Source: Thermoplasmatota archaeon (GTDB lineage Archaea > Thermoplasmatota > Thermoplasmata > Thermoplasmatales > ARK-15). From it: a DNA stretch of 38,178 nt. The notes beneath the pieces were generated by a model. It ran no database searches, was not told the DNA's origin, and worked only from the letters and a program-made list of their open reading frames with translations. The first letter of the stretch is position 1. Every line of letters begins with the position of its first letter. The DNA is taken from positions 1 to 38,178 of the forward strand of contig JAVRLJ010000002.1 in the NCBI GenBank assembly GCA_031961585.1, given 5' to 3'. The position numbers were made by a program, and so were the translations under genes. Positions 14,774 to 23,450 of the stretch are shown here, piece by piece.

Positions 14774-14799
14774 AAAATTTTATCCGGATATAAAATTTT
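14774..14799. repeat. Perfect 10-bp inverted repeat AAAATTTTAT-ccggat-ATAAAATTTT in the largest intergenic gap
   Basis: Read directly from the sequence. The arms contain only A/T, so a chance occurrence in AT-rich spacer DNA is plausible. Confidence 0.4.
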
Positions 14800-14912
14800 T
14801 CTATGAAGGAATATGAAAATCTTTCATTTTTTAAGGGTATAGAAAAAAATGAATCCATGTGTTAATAGAATTCCAAAAAATTTATTATATTCATTTCAGA
14901 TCACTTTATGGA

Positions 14913-15233
14913 ATGTTTTCAAAAAGAAAAACGGAAGAAGAAATAGAAAGACTCTCGCAGACGGTGATGAAATTGGAAAAGGATATAGAAGATATTAAGA
15001 AAACACAGGAAGAAATTAAAAAGGTTCTTGAAGAGCTTGAAAACAAGATTTCTTTCCTGAACGTTCTATCGGCAAAAATAAACACAACGTATTACCATAT
15101 CACATATGACATCGATGATAAACTTAAGGATTTTTTTACGGAGCTGGAGGATTCCATTGAGGCAATGATAAGCGATTTGAATTCCAAAATTATAGAAATA
15201 AAGGATACAACAAAGAAAAAGAAAGTGCAGTAA
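14913..15233 (+). CDS. Hypothetical small coiled-coil protein
   Basis: ORF with a heptad-like charged sequence (EEIERLSQTVMKLEKDIEDIKKTQEEIKKVLEELENK). The track start is GTG 14859; the first in-frame ATG at 14913 (MFSKRK...) is preferred. I recognise no family. Confidence 0.5.
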   Translation: MFSKRKTEEEIERLSQTVMKLEKDIEDIKKTQEEIKKVLEELENKISFLNVLSAKINTTYYHITYDIDDKLKDFFTELEDSIEAMISDLNSKIIEIKDTTKKKKVQ

Positions 15234-15281
15234 TGGTTTATGAAAAATTAAAAATAAAGAATTATCTTTATGATTTTTTGT

Positions 15282-15366
15282 GCGGAGGTTGCCGAGCCTG
15301 GCTAAAGGCGGCAGACTCAAGATCTGCTTCCATAGGGATTCGGGAGTTCAAATCTCCCCCTCCGCA
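15282..15366 (+). tRNA. tRNA-Leu (anticodon CAA), class II with long variable arm, 85 nt, no encoded CCA
   Basis: GCGGAGG acceptor pairs with CCTCCGC. The anticodon stem GCAGA/TCTGC carries the loop CTCAAGA. The variable arm is long, the T arm is GGGAG/TTCAAAT/CTCCC, and the discriminator is A. Confidence 0.92.
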
Positions 15367-15371
15367 TTAAA

Positions 15372-16490
15372 ATGTTAAAAAAATTGCTGATTGTTTTAAT
15401 GGCAATTCTTATAACATTTCCAGAGGTTTTCGTTAGATTAGTTTACAGTGTTACAATTATACCGATAACAAATACTCTTGCAATAAACTATTTCCTTGGA
15501 GGTTTGATATTAACATCCTTTTATACAGGATATACAATATCAAATTTACCAATGGGATACCTTGTTGACAGATATGGTTTCAGGGTTGTTTCAATTTCTT
15601 TATTCATAATGGCAGTATTAATCTATGCTTTTTCATCCATTGAAAATTATTTTGAAGCAATCATGATAATGTTTTTTATAGGAATTTTTTCCGGACCTAC
15701 GTACATAGGATCGGTAAAGTTGATCGCGGAAAAAAGTGAAAGGTATAAAAGTACATCAATAGGTACATTAAACCTGGTTGCACCGCTAACACTTTTCATT
15801 GTTAATGTTTATTCTCTGAAAATTAGCATTGATGCATGGAGAATTGTTTATCAATATCTATCAATTCTAACACTCTTTATAGCAATAGTTGTTTTATTCA
15901 TAAAGAATGAAAAATATGAGATCAAAAAGGGTGCAGTAAACAGAATTTCAATCCTTACATCCATTGCAAGATTTTTTGGTTTCTGGGGACTGTGGGGTAC
16001 ATCATCATTCCTTTACCTACTCATTTTTTTGAAATTCAACAGTTATTATTACGCTGGCATTTCACTAATATTATTTTCCATGGGAAGCATTATAGCCTGT
16101 CCGTTATCCGGTTTTTTATCAGACTATTTTAGAATAAGGGAAAGAGTTGTAATATTATCCCTTATTATTTTCTTTATATTTTTAATAATTTTTCCCTTTA
16201 TTCCCCTTAACCTTCTCTATATTTTTTCCTTTTTCCTGGGATTTTTTGTTTATTTCTTCAGAACACCCCTTGACACATACATAGCTGAAATTACAAAGGG
16301 CAGGGCCGCAACATCCATGGGTCTTGCAAACCTTATTTCACAGCCAAGCCAGATTATTGTACCAGCTATTATTGGATCAATTATTGAATATTCTAAAAAC
16401 ATATACTATACATTCATTTTCCTTTCACTTGGCCCTATTTTTTCAGCATTAATTGTATTTTACATGGAACGATATTATAAAAAACATTAA
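15372..16490 (+). CDS. MFS-type transporter
   Basis: Polytopic hydrophobic protein with the MFS loop 2-3 motif GYLVDRYGFRVV. About 12 hydrophobic segments by eye. Confidence 0.85.
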   Translation: MLKKLLIVLMAILITFPEVFVRLVYSVTIIPITNTLAINYFLGGLILTSFYTGYTISNLPMGYLVDRYGFRVVSISLFIMAVLIYAFSSIENYFEAIMIMFFIGIFSGPTYIGSVKLIAEKSERYKSTSIGTLNLVAPLTLFIVNVYSLKISIDAWRIVYQYLSILTLFIAIVVLFIKNEKYEIKKGAVNRISILTSIARFFGFWGLWGTSSFLYLLIFLKFNSYYYAGISLILFSMGSIIACPLSGFLSDYFRIRERVVILSLIIFFIFLIIFPFIPLNLLYIFSFFLGFFVYFFRTPLDTYIAEITKGRAATSMGLANLISQPSQIIVPAIIGSIIEYSKNIYYTFIFLSLGPIFSALIVFYMERYYKKH

Positions 16491-16519
16491 GAATAGGTAT
16501 TAAATTATGATTTCCAGTT

Positions 16520-18733
16520 ATGCAGGAAGAGAAACTATCCATCAGTTTCAGAAGGGATCTGAAGTTCAGGGATCTTCTGAATATAGGAATAGGTGCGATG
16601 ACGGGAGCAACAATATATGTAATGGCTGGACAGGCAACGGAGATTGCTGGTCCCGCAATACTTGTTTCCGTTGGTCTCACCTATCTTATAACAATGTTAA
16701 CGGGAATGACATATGCCGAACTTTCAACCGTTTATCCGGAGGCCGGTGGAGGTTACCTTTTTGTGGAGGAATCACTTCCAAAACCGCTCGGATTTATGGG
16801 TGGATGGATGTCCTGGTTTTCCCATTCCATTGCGGATGCCTTTTATACTGTTGTTTTTGCAACAGCCATTGTATGGCTTTTTGATGCCTACAACATTAAT
16901 TTTCCATTCAGTCATGTGATTTTTGAGAAAGTTATAGCCCTCACAATCCTTCTTATAATTATTCTTATAAATTACTGGGGAACCGCGACAACAGGAAAAT
17001 CACAATCATTCATAAACCATCTTCAGCTCCTGTTAATTGGTATACTAATACTGGCGGGAATTATTGCAATGGTAAGATCCCCAGATGTTCTGAACAATTT
17101 TCAGCCATTCCAGATTGATCCCATGAGTATCATACTTGGAATGGGTGTTCTTTTTGTTGCATTCGAGGGATACGAAATAATAGCCCAGTCCGCCGAAGAG
17201 GTTGAGAACCCTGAAAAAAACATACCAAGGGCAATTTTCCTTTCCATTGGAATTGTAACAATAATTTACGTTCTTTTATTTTTTGTGATGATAGGAGGGG
17301 CAGGGTGGGAATGGGTTGCGAGTCATGGAGAATTTGCAATGATAAACTTTGGTGGGTTGACAATACCGTATATAGGTAAGGGTATTGTTATAATTGCAAT
17401 GCTCCTCGGTTCAGGGGCTACACTAAACGCTACAGTATTTTCCGCGATAAGGGTTTCATTTGCAATGGGAAGGAATGGATCACTTCCAAAATTGTTCTCA
17501 AAAATGCATCCAAAACATAGAACACCATACATGGCAACTTTCATTACAGGTGGAATCATAGCTGCAATGGTTCTATTCCTGCCTCTTTATACCCTGGTTG
17601 CTGGAGCAAGCATAATGTTCCTCCTCCTTTTTGCACTTGTTAACATTGCAGTAATAGTTGATAGATACAGAAACCCAACAAAAAAGAGAGGTTATGAAAT
17701 ACCACTTTTCCCATTCATACCAATAATGGCAATTCTATCCAACGTCATGGTTGCCGTAGTATTATGGTCTTTTTCCCCCGAGGCATGGTTAATCGCCATA
17801 GCATGGATAGATATAGGTCTTCTCATCTATTACTTCTGGGTAGGTAAGAAGGCAATAGAAAAACCATCGCCTCTCATTCCCCCAGCTGAAAAAATAGAAG
17901 AAGTGAAGGAAAACGTTATGCTTGTGCCATTGGCTGAAGAGTTCCCAAATTCCGTCAGGATAGCTTCAATAATCGCAAACAGCATTGATGCGGATATAAC
18001 ACTTTTTTCAGCAATTGAAATACCACTCACAATCTCACCTTCATCAATAACATACAACGATTCATCCGAAAAAATAAAAATGATGGAAAAGATGTCAAAA
18101 CTTTCAAGGAAATTTGGTAAAACACCAGATGTGAAAATAATTGCATCCCATGATCCCGTGAGTGCAATTCAGGATGAGGTGAGGAATAGAAATGTGAATT
18201 TACTTTTCATGACATGGAGACAGAAAAATGTGAGGAGAATAATATTCGGATCAACACTGGAAAAAATATACAGGAATGCTCCATGTGATATGCTGATCTT
18301 CAGGGATAGTTTACCCGAAAGTATTGATGAAATAACACTTATAGTTTCAAAGAAAAGGAGTGATGAGTTATCATTAAAAATTGCTGTTATCCTTTCAAAA
18401 TTTTTCAAAGCAAAAATTAAGGTTTATGAGTTCACATACAATGGTGAAAAGTCTGTTTTGATGGAAAAGTATGAGGATTTTCTTAAAAATGAAAATGTTG
18501 AATTCACAACAGAATCTCTAATTTCAAGGAATTTTCTTGCAAAAATAATAGAAATTTCAAAAAAATCAAAGCTTCTTATAACACCACCACCCTCGGAATT
18601 TGCTGAAGGAAGGATTTCGCTCTCAGCTGATCCAAAAATACTTGGAAGATTGAATGGACCGGTGTTGATAGTTAGAAAGGTGAAGAGTGAAGGGGAAAAT
18701 CTGGAAAGAATATCAATGCTCTTCCATAGATAA
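16520..18733 (+). CDS. APC-superfamily amino-acid permease fused to C-terminal tandem universal stress protein (USP) domains
   Basis: The N-terminal 450 aa or so are typical of an amino-acid/polyamine permease (GAMTGATIYVMAGQA..., multiple TM segments). The C-terminal 280 aa or so form two alpha/beta USP-like repeats (...NLLFMTWRQ...IFGSTLEKIYRNAPCDMLIF... and ...PVLIVRKV). Confidence 0.88.
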   Translation: MQEEKLSISFRRDLKFRDLLNIGIGAMTGATIYVMAGQATEIAGPAILVSVGLTYLITMLTGMTYAELSTVYPEAGGGYLFVEESLPKPLGFMGGWMSWFSHSIADAFYTVVFATAIVWLFDAYNINFPFSHVIFEKVIALTILLIIILINYWGTATTGKSQSFINHLQLLLIGILILAGIIAMVRSPDVLNNFQPFQIDPMSIILGMGVLFVAFEGYEIIAQSAEEVENPEKNIPRAIFLSIGIVTIIYVLLFFVMIGGAGWEWVASHGEFAMINFGGLTIPYIGKGIVIIAMLLGSGATLNATVFSAIRVSFAMGRNGSLPKLFSKMHPKHRTPYMATFITGGIIAAMVLFLPLYTLVAGASIMFLLLFALVNIAVIVDRYRNPTKKRGYEIPLFPFIPIMAILSNVMVAVVLWSFSPEAWLIAIAWIDIGLLIYYFWVGKKAIEKPSPLIPPAEKIEEVKENVMLVPLAEEFPNSVRIASIIANSIDADITLFSAIEIPLTISPSSITYNDSSEKIKMMEKMSKLSRKFGKTPDVKIIASHDPVSAIQDEVRNRNVNLLFMTWRQKNVRRIIFGSTLEKIYRNAPCDMLIFRDSLPESIDEITLIVSKKRSDELSLKIAVILSKFFKAKIKVYEFTYNGEKSVLMEKYEDFLKNENVEFTTESLISRNFLAKIIEISKKSKLLITPPPSEFAEGRISLSADPKILGRLNGPVLIVRKVKSEGENLERISMLFHR

Positions 18734-20035
18734 TTTTTCCTTTAATTTTTTCATTATCTTTGCCTTCACATTTTCTAAAGAATTAAAATCATCAATCTGA
18801 AAGTTTATTCTGTAAATATCATAATCACCTGAAATTTCTTCAAGAACTATCGACGGCCTTGAACCTGACTGGAAAAGTTCATCAATCTCCGATGTTATTT
18901 CCTGGAAAACCCTTTCAACAAAATCAATTTTGTATTTTGAAGGAATTTTGATTTCCATAGTGAACGGTATAGAAAGTCCCGAACTAGAAACAATACTTAT
19001 TTTGCTTTCAAGTATCTTTGAATTGGGTATCAATACAATTTTTCCATCCGGCTGTTTTATTTGTGTATAGAGAAGTGTAATGTTCAGTACCCTTCCCTCA
19101 ATGTTTTCATCTATAACAATGTAATCATCCTCAAGGAAAGGTTCTGTGGAGAGTATAACAATTCCAGCAAACAGGTTTCTGAGTGGTGTGAATATTATGA
19201 AAATGCTTGAAATAATAAAAATCAAAATAAATACCGTAAAGATAAAAATATCGGCGTATGCAAAACCAAGCATGGAAAGAATTATCATTAAAACAGCAAG
19301 AAAAACGGATATGAAAATTACGTATTTTGCAATTGATGTTAAATATCTGCCAAGTTTTTCCTTCTCTACTTTTGATCTTAATTTAATATCTCTTATGGAT
19401 GCTGCAGTAATGAGGTAAATAACAATACCCAGTGAAATTATGATTATTATCCATATCCATCCCCCAATGTTGTTATAGAAAAAGAGATACGTTTTTTCCT
19501 GGATATTACCAAGGAGATTAAAACCTGAGAATATGATTAAAAGAATTGAAATTAATGCCACAATGTATATTGTATCTTTTATAATAATTTCTGTGTAATA
19601 TCCAACCTTTTCACTTATAATTCTCTTTGGTTTCAATGAAAGATATCCTCTCAAATATTGAAATACCCTTGTATTTATGCCAAGGAAAAAAAGTGAAAAA
19701 AGCATTACAAGGAAGATTGAAAAGAACATGGGAAGGTACGGATAGATGATTTCAACAGTATATGTCCTGAAAAGTGATGAAACATGTGAATAAAGAAAGA
19801 CGATGACAACTGTAACAAGCATAAATATTGTGTAAAATACAATGAGTTCAAGGTAATTTATTGCATCGGGGCTTAAAAACCTTGATTCCTTAATTTTAAG
19901 ATATTCAAAAATTCTTCGGAGGTAGGAAACGACATAAAGAATTATAACTATAATTGTTATAGTTATAATCGTTGGACCTATCAATGCTTTAAGGGTTTCA
20001 AGGATTGGCATAACAATAAGATAAAATCTTTTCAT
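18713..20035 (-). CDS. MscS-family mechanosensitive channel
   Basis: Multiple N-terminal TM segments, then the MscS beta-domain pattern (GIVILSTEPFLEDDYIVIDENIEGRVLNITLLYTQIKQPDGKIVLIPNSKILESKI). The track start is TTG 20116; ATG 20035 (MKRFYLIV...) is preferred and leaves a divergent promoter gap. Confidence 0.85.
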   Translation of the reverse strand: MKRFYLIVMPILETLKALIGPTIITITIIVIILYVVSYLRRIFEYLKIKESRFLSPDAINYLELIVFYTIFMLVTVVIVFLYSHVSSLFRTYTVEIIYPYLPMFFSIFLVMLFSLFFLGINTRVFQYLRGYLSLKPKRIISEKVGYYTEIIIKDTIYIVALISILLIIFSGFNLLGNIQEKTYLFFYNNIGGWIWIIIIISLGIVIYLITAASIRDIKLRSKVEKEKLGRYLTSIAKYVIFISVFLAVLMIILSMLGFAYADIFIFTVFILIFIISSIFIIFTPLRNLFAGIVILSTEPFLEDDYIVIDENIEGRVLNITLLYTQIKQPDGKIVLIPNSKILESKISIVSSSGLSIPFTMEIKIPSKYKIDFVERVFQEITSEIDELFQSGSRPSIVLEEISGDYDIYRINFQIDDFNSLENVKAKIMKKLKEKLSMEEH

Positions 20036-20104
20036 ATCTTTAATCTTTTGATTTTTTATAAAAGATAAAAAAATTTTATATTCGGGAAAAAAATAATCAT
20101 AATC

Positions 20105-20482
20105 ATGATACCACAAACCAATGTTTATGTTCCGCCGGATGTTCAGACAGTTAGAACATTAAACCTCATTGCTGGCATATTCGCAATAATTTCATTAATA
20201 ATAGGTATTTTTTTAAACATTCTTGGAATAATCATAATAATATTTGACATAATAATTCTCTGGTACATTTTCAGCAAAATACCAAAGGAATTAAACAATC
20301 AGAGATATTTTGAGGCTAAGCACGATACACTTGTTGCAATGATCCTTTCTTTTCTATTTGCATTCGTCATTGGAGGTATTATACTTCTGATAGCATATTT
20401 AAAATACGATACAATTATAAGAAGCGTTCAGCAGTACTACCAGCAGGAGCAACTGAAGCAACAGCAGCAAACAACACAATAA
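20105..20482 (+). CDS. Small membrane protein with Gln-rich C-terminal tail
   Basis: Three hydrophobic segments, then QQYYQQEQLKQQQQTTQ. ATG start. I recognise no family. Confidence 0.5.
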   Translation: MIPQTNVYVPPDVQTVRTLNLIAGIFAIISLIIGIFLNILGIIIIIFDIIILWYIFSKIPKELNNQRYFEAKHDTLVAMILSFLFAFVIGGIILLIAYLKYDTIIRSVQQYYQQEQLKQQQQTTQ

Positions 20483-20487
20483 AAATA

Positions 20488-21162
20488 TTATATCATTTTT
20501 AATTTTTTTAATCCTTCAACAAAACCGTATCCATATTTTTTCTCAGTTACCATTTTTGCGTTCTTTTTTGTAATTTCCCATGCATTGTTTACAGCTATAC
20601 CAAATCCCACACCCTTAAGCATATCAACATCATTTTCACTATCACCAAAGGCTACAATTTCATCAAGATCTATGTTGAGCAATTCGGCAGCCTTTTTTAA
20701 ACCAAAAAGTTTTGTCTGTTCTCTATGTGTAACGTGTATGCCATAACCTGTTGCCTCAACCCTGAAACCCATACCTTCCATTATTTCTTTAATTCTTTCC
20801 TTATCGAGACTTTTGTCAAGAACAATTGAGGTTTCCCTCCACCTGTCCGTAAATATTCTTTCCGCATTGGGCATAATTTCCTTAAGTTTTTTGTAAGCCT
20901 CCTCTATATCACTTTTGTCAAAATACTTGTATATCCTGTTTTCATAAAATAACATACCTCCATTTTCTGAAATTATTGGACCTGTTGTACCAAGAAATAT
21001 TTTGAAGCCCAACGTGACCGGTAAAACGTTACCGCTTACAAGTATTACCTTTACATTCCTCCTTTCAAGTTTTCTTACTGCACCTATAACGGGTGTAACT
21101 ATTTTTCTATCAGCATCCGTTATTGTACCATCAATGTCCGTTGCCACAGCCTTGAATTGCAT
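20488..21162 (-). CDS. HAD-superfamily (Cof/IIB type) phosphatase, archaeal phosphoglycolate-phosphatase-like
   Basis: HAD motif I DIDGTITD right after MQFKAVAT, and motif IV GDSENDVDML. The upstream part of the track ORF (to 21267) is hydrophobic junk overlapping the rnp4 gene; ATG 21162 is preferred. Confidence 0.85.
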   Translation of the reverse strand: MQFKAVATDIDGTITDADRKIVTPVIGAVRKLERRNVKVILVSGNVLPVTLGFKIFLGTTGPIISENGGMLFYENRIYKYFDKSDIEEAYKKLKEIMPNAERIFTDRWRETSIVLDKSLDKERIKEIMEGMGFRVEATGYGIHVTHREQTKLFGLKKAAELLNIDLDEIVAFGDSENDVDMLKGVGFGIAVNNAWEITKKNAKMVTEKKYGYGFVEGLKKLKMI

Positions 21163-21196
21163 ATGATGGTAAAATATTTTAAATATTAAAACATTG

Positions 21197-21517
21197 ATGA
21201 AAAAGGTGAATCCTTTGACAAAAAAGTTCATTAAAGAAAGGGCAAGGATCTGGATCAAAGAGCTCATGGATCTTGCAAGGGATGCGGAATTGAAAGGAGA
21301 AAAGGGTCTTGAAAAAGAATACCTAAAACTTATTCTTGAAATTTCAAAACATTATAAGGTGAAGATTCCTGATAAAAGGTACATATGCAAAAATTGTTAT
21401 TCAATACTTATACCCGGATTGAATTCAACAATAAGAATAAAAAGGGGAAGGGTCATTATAAAATGCCTCAACTGCGGGAATATAAAAAGATACATTATAA
21501 GGAAAAATCGCGGTTAA
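21197..21517 (+). CDS. rnp4: RNase P protein component 4 (Rpp21/Rpr2 family)
   Basis: N-terminal helical region (ERARIWIKELMDLARD) plus a C-terminal zinc ribbon CKNCYSILIPGLNSTIRIKRGRVIIKCLNCGNIKRY, which is typical of Rpp21. ATG 21197 follows the TTG used by the track. Confidence 0.8.
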   Translation: MKKVNPLTKKFIKERARIWIKELMDLARDAELKGEKGLEKEYLKLILEISKHYKVKIPDKRYICKNCYSILIPGLNSTIRIKRGRVIIKCLNCGNIKRYIIRKNRG

Positions 21518-22019
21518 TGTAACTGAAAAATTTATGCAACGGCATGCCCTTTTCCCATTTCATAACGAAATTTCCATTCTGTGTCAGGTCCATTTTTGGC
21601 AAAACATCATACAAAAGTGCCATTCTACCGTGTATTTCCATACCTGGTATTGTGAAAAATCTCCAGGGATCCTCATTTGCCCTCTTCAGCCTGAATGCAT
21701 AAATTGGAAAAACTCCGCTTTTCCTTGCTATTAAAACATAATACTCAGCCTGTTTCTGTGCCCTGCTGCTTGCCTGCGTGAACCTTAATACATTTTCCTT
21801 TGAACTCTTTACCTCTATTGGTATGGAAAAATCATCCCTCACAGCCATAATATCAATACCCAAGGATCCCGCCGCCCTTACAACAAAGAACGGCTTTTTT
21901 ATAATGCTTCTGTAATAGAATTTTTCCTCATCACCAAAATTTTTTATAAATTTCTCTATAAATTCTTCATTCCCTGAAAGAATTTCTCTTATCTCCCTCT
22001 CATAAATTGATCCTGACAT
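21495..22019 (-). CDS. Hjc-like PD-(D/E)XK nuclease (archaeal Holliday junction resolvase family), atypically long
   Basis: The Hjc motif order is present: SIYEREIREIL ... VVRAAGSLGIDIMAV ... IPIEVKSS. The start is taken at ATG 22019 (MSGSIYERE), 4 nt after the trm56 stop. Confidence 0.65.
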   Translation of the reverse strand: MSGSIYEREIREILSGNEEFIEKFIKNFGDEEKFYYRSIIKKPFFVVRAAGSLGIDIMAVRDDFSIPIEVKSSKENVLRFTQASSRAQKQAEYYVLIARKSGVFPIYAFRLKRANEDPWRFFTIPGMEIHGRMALLYDVLPKMDLTQNGNFVMKWEKGMPLHKFFSYINRDFSL

Positions 22020-22023
22020 GGTA

Positions 22024-23037
22024 TCACCATATATCGTCAATATCCTTTCCAATTATTTCTGAAAGTTCCCTGTGCAATCTTTCAATCTTCCTTGCTATGT
22101 CATACATACCTTTTTTCCTGTGAAATTCAATCACATCCTGAAGCTTTACCTTTTTTTCATTCACAATCAAATTATCGGCATGTGATACAATTTTCTCCTC
22201 AAGGGTTACGGGTTCAAGATCTGTTTCATCCAGACCAAGTTTTTCAGCCTCCTCTTTTCCTATGCCTGCACCCACGTGTCTCTTTATTATATTTACAACC
22301 TCCTCCGGATAACCAAGATCTCTTGCAATCCTGGATCCGGTTATACCATGTGAAATTGAACTATCGTAGATCCTTCCTATGTCATGGAGTAATGATCCAC
22401 ATATAACTAGAGGAATATCCGCTCCCGCAAGTTCCCCAATTTTCACCGCAAGATTTTTCACGGCAATGGAATGTTTTATTAGCTTTTCAGGCATTTTCAG
22501 ATCCCTGAGAACCTTCAAACATTCATTCTCATTGAAAATCTTTAAATTCTTGCCCCTTTCGGAAGGCACAACCCTATACTCTCCGTTAAATTTTAAATAC
22601 AATTCCCTTCCACCCAGGTATCTGTCAAGGAAGATAGCAAGGCTTGATACCTCACTGTGTGGCTGGTTTGTGATGGCAACATTAAAATCGGAAAGCGTGT
22701 AAACTTCACCCGGAACCTTCTGTGATCCAACTATGATGAGAATATCCCTGTCCCTGGGTATTTTATCCAGAACATTCTGAACTGGTATACCATACATTGT
22801 TAGATGAACCTTAACACCTTTGAAATTTTTAATTACATTCTTCCAGTTTTCATCAAAAGTTAAATTGAAGTTCCCTCCAAATCTTTTCACTATATCCCTC
22901 ACAGTTTCTTCAAGTTTTTCATCCTTTTTTGTAACAATGACACCATCAGCACCAAATGCCCTTGCAACTAGGCATACATGTGTTGTTATTCTTTTATCCC
23001 TGTCCGGTCTGTGTCCAAGCCTAAGAACTGTTATCAT
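22024..23037 (-). CDS. trm56: tRNA (cytidine56-2'-O)-methyltransferase aTrm56 (SPOUT) fused to a C-terminal HD-domain phosphohydrolase
   Basis: Residues 1-170 align by eye with aTrm56 (MITVLRLGHRPDRDKRITTHVCLVARAFGADG...VHLTMYG...NQPHSEVSSLAIFLDR). Residues 180-337 carry HD-domain motifs (HSIAV..., LLHDIGR, HVGAG, SHADNL). Confidence 0.85.
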   Translation of the reverse strand: MITVLRLGHRPDRDKRITTHVCLVARAFGADGVIVTKKDEKLEETVRDIVKRFGGNFNLTFDENWKNVIKNFKGVKVHLTMYGIPVQNVLDKIPRDRDILIIVGSQKVPGEVYTLSDFNVAITNQPHSEVSSLAIFLDRYLGGRELYLKFNGEYRVVPSERGKNLKIFNENECLKVLRDLKMPEKLIKHSIAVKNLAVKIGELAGADIPLVICGSLLHDIGRIYDSSISHGITGSRIARDLGYPEEVVNIIKRHVGAGIGKEEAEKLGLDETDLEPVTLEEKIVSHADNLIVNEKKVKLQDVIEFHRKKGMYDIARKIERLHRELSEIIGKDIDDIW

Positions 23038-23450
23038 AGTCTCTCATATGGTGGTTTTGGAACTTTAATTTCTTCCTTTTCCTTTTTCTCCATTCTTATT
23101 TCCATCGTTAGCATGAGAATAAAGGTTGACAGAAATGCAAGAACAACAAATGATGTTTCAATTAAAAGAAAAATTATGTTTTCTTTTAAAAAAATTACAA
23201 GGGTTGAAAAGGCTGTAATAACAATAAGAATACCAGAAATGAAACCTGAAATTGAATAGGAAATTCTTAAAAACTTCGGAAGAAAAAATGAAATTGCCGA
23301 TATTATTGATAAAATTAAAGGAAAAATAAAGGGAAGAATGTTATTGTTGTAGGTGAATAAAAGATAAAGGGAAACAATGACTATTCCAAAAAGTATTCCT
23401 GAAATCAGGCCTGATATGGAACTGCCTAGCATTCTAATCCTTTCAAACAT
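23034..23450 (-). CDS. Small integral membrane protein (about 4 TM) with charged C-terminal tail
   Basis: Hydrophobic segments throughout, then EIRMEKKEKEEIKVPKPPYERL. The start abuts the upstream stop, and the stop overlaps the trm56 ATG (ATGA). Confidence 0.6.
   Translation of the reverse strand: MFERIRMLGSSISGLISGILFGIVIVSLYLLFTYNNNILPFIFPLILSIISAISFFLPKFLRISYSISGFISGILIVITAFSTLVIFLKENIIFLLIETSFVVLAFLSTFILMLTMEIRMEKKEKEEIKVPKPPYERL

Noticed and set aside
20036-20116. TTG-initiated extension of the MscS gene overlapping the divergent 125-aa gene. The HAD phosphatase ORF has a similar extension (21163-21267) overlapping rnp4.
   Set aside because: Internal ATGs (20035 and 21162) give proteins that begin where family conservation begins, and they restore divergent promoter spacers.
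20440-20482. A CAG/CAA-rich stretch resembling a microsatellite.
   Set aside because: It is the in-frame Gln-rich tail of the 125-aa membrane protein and is not a perfect tandem repeat.
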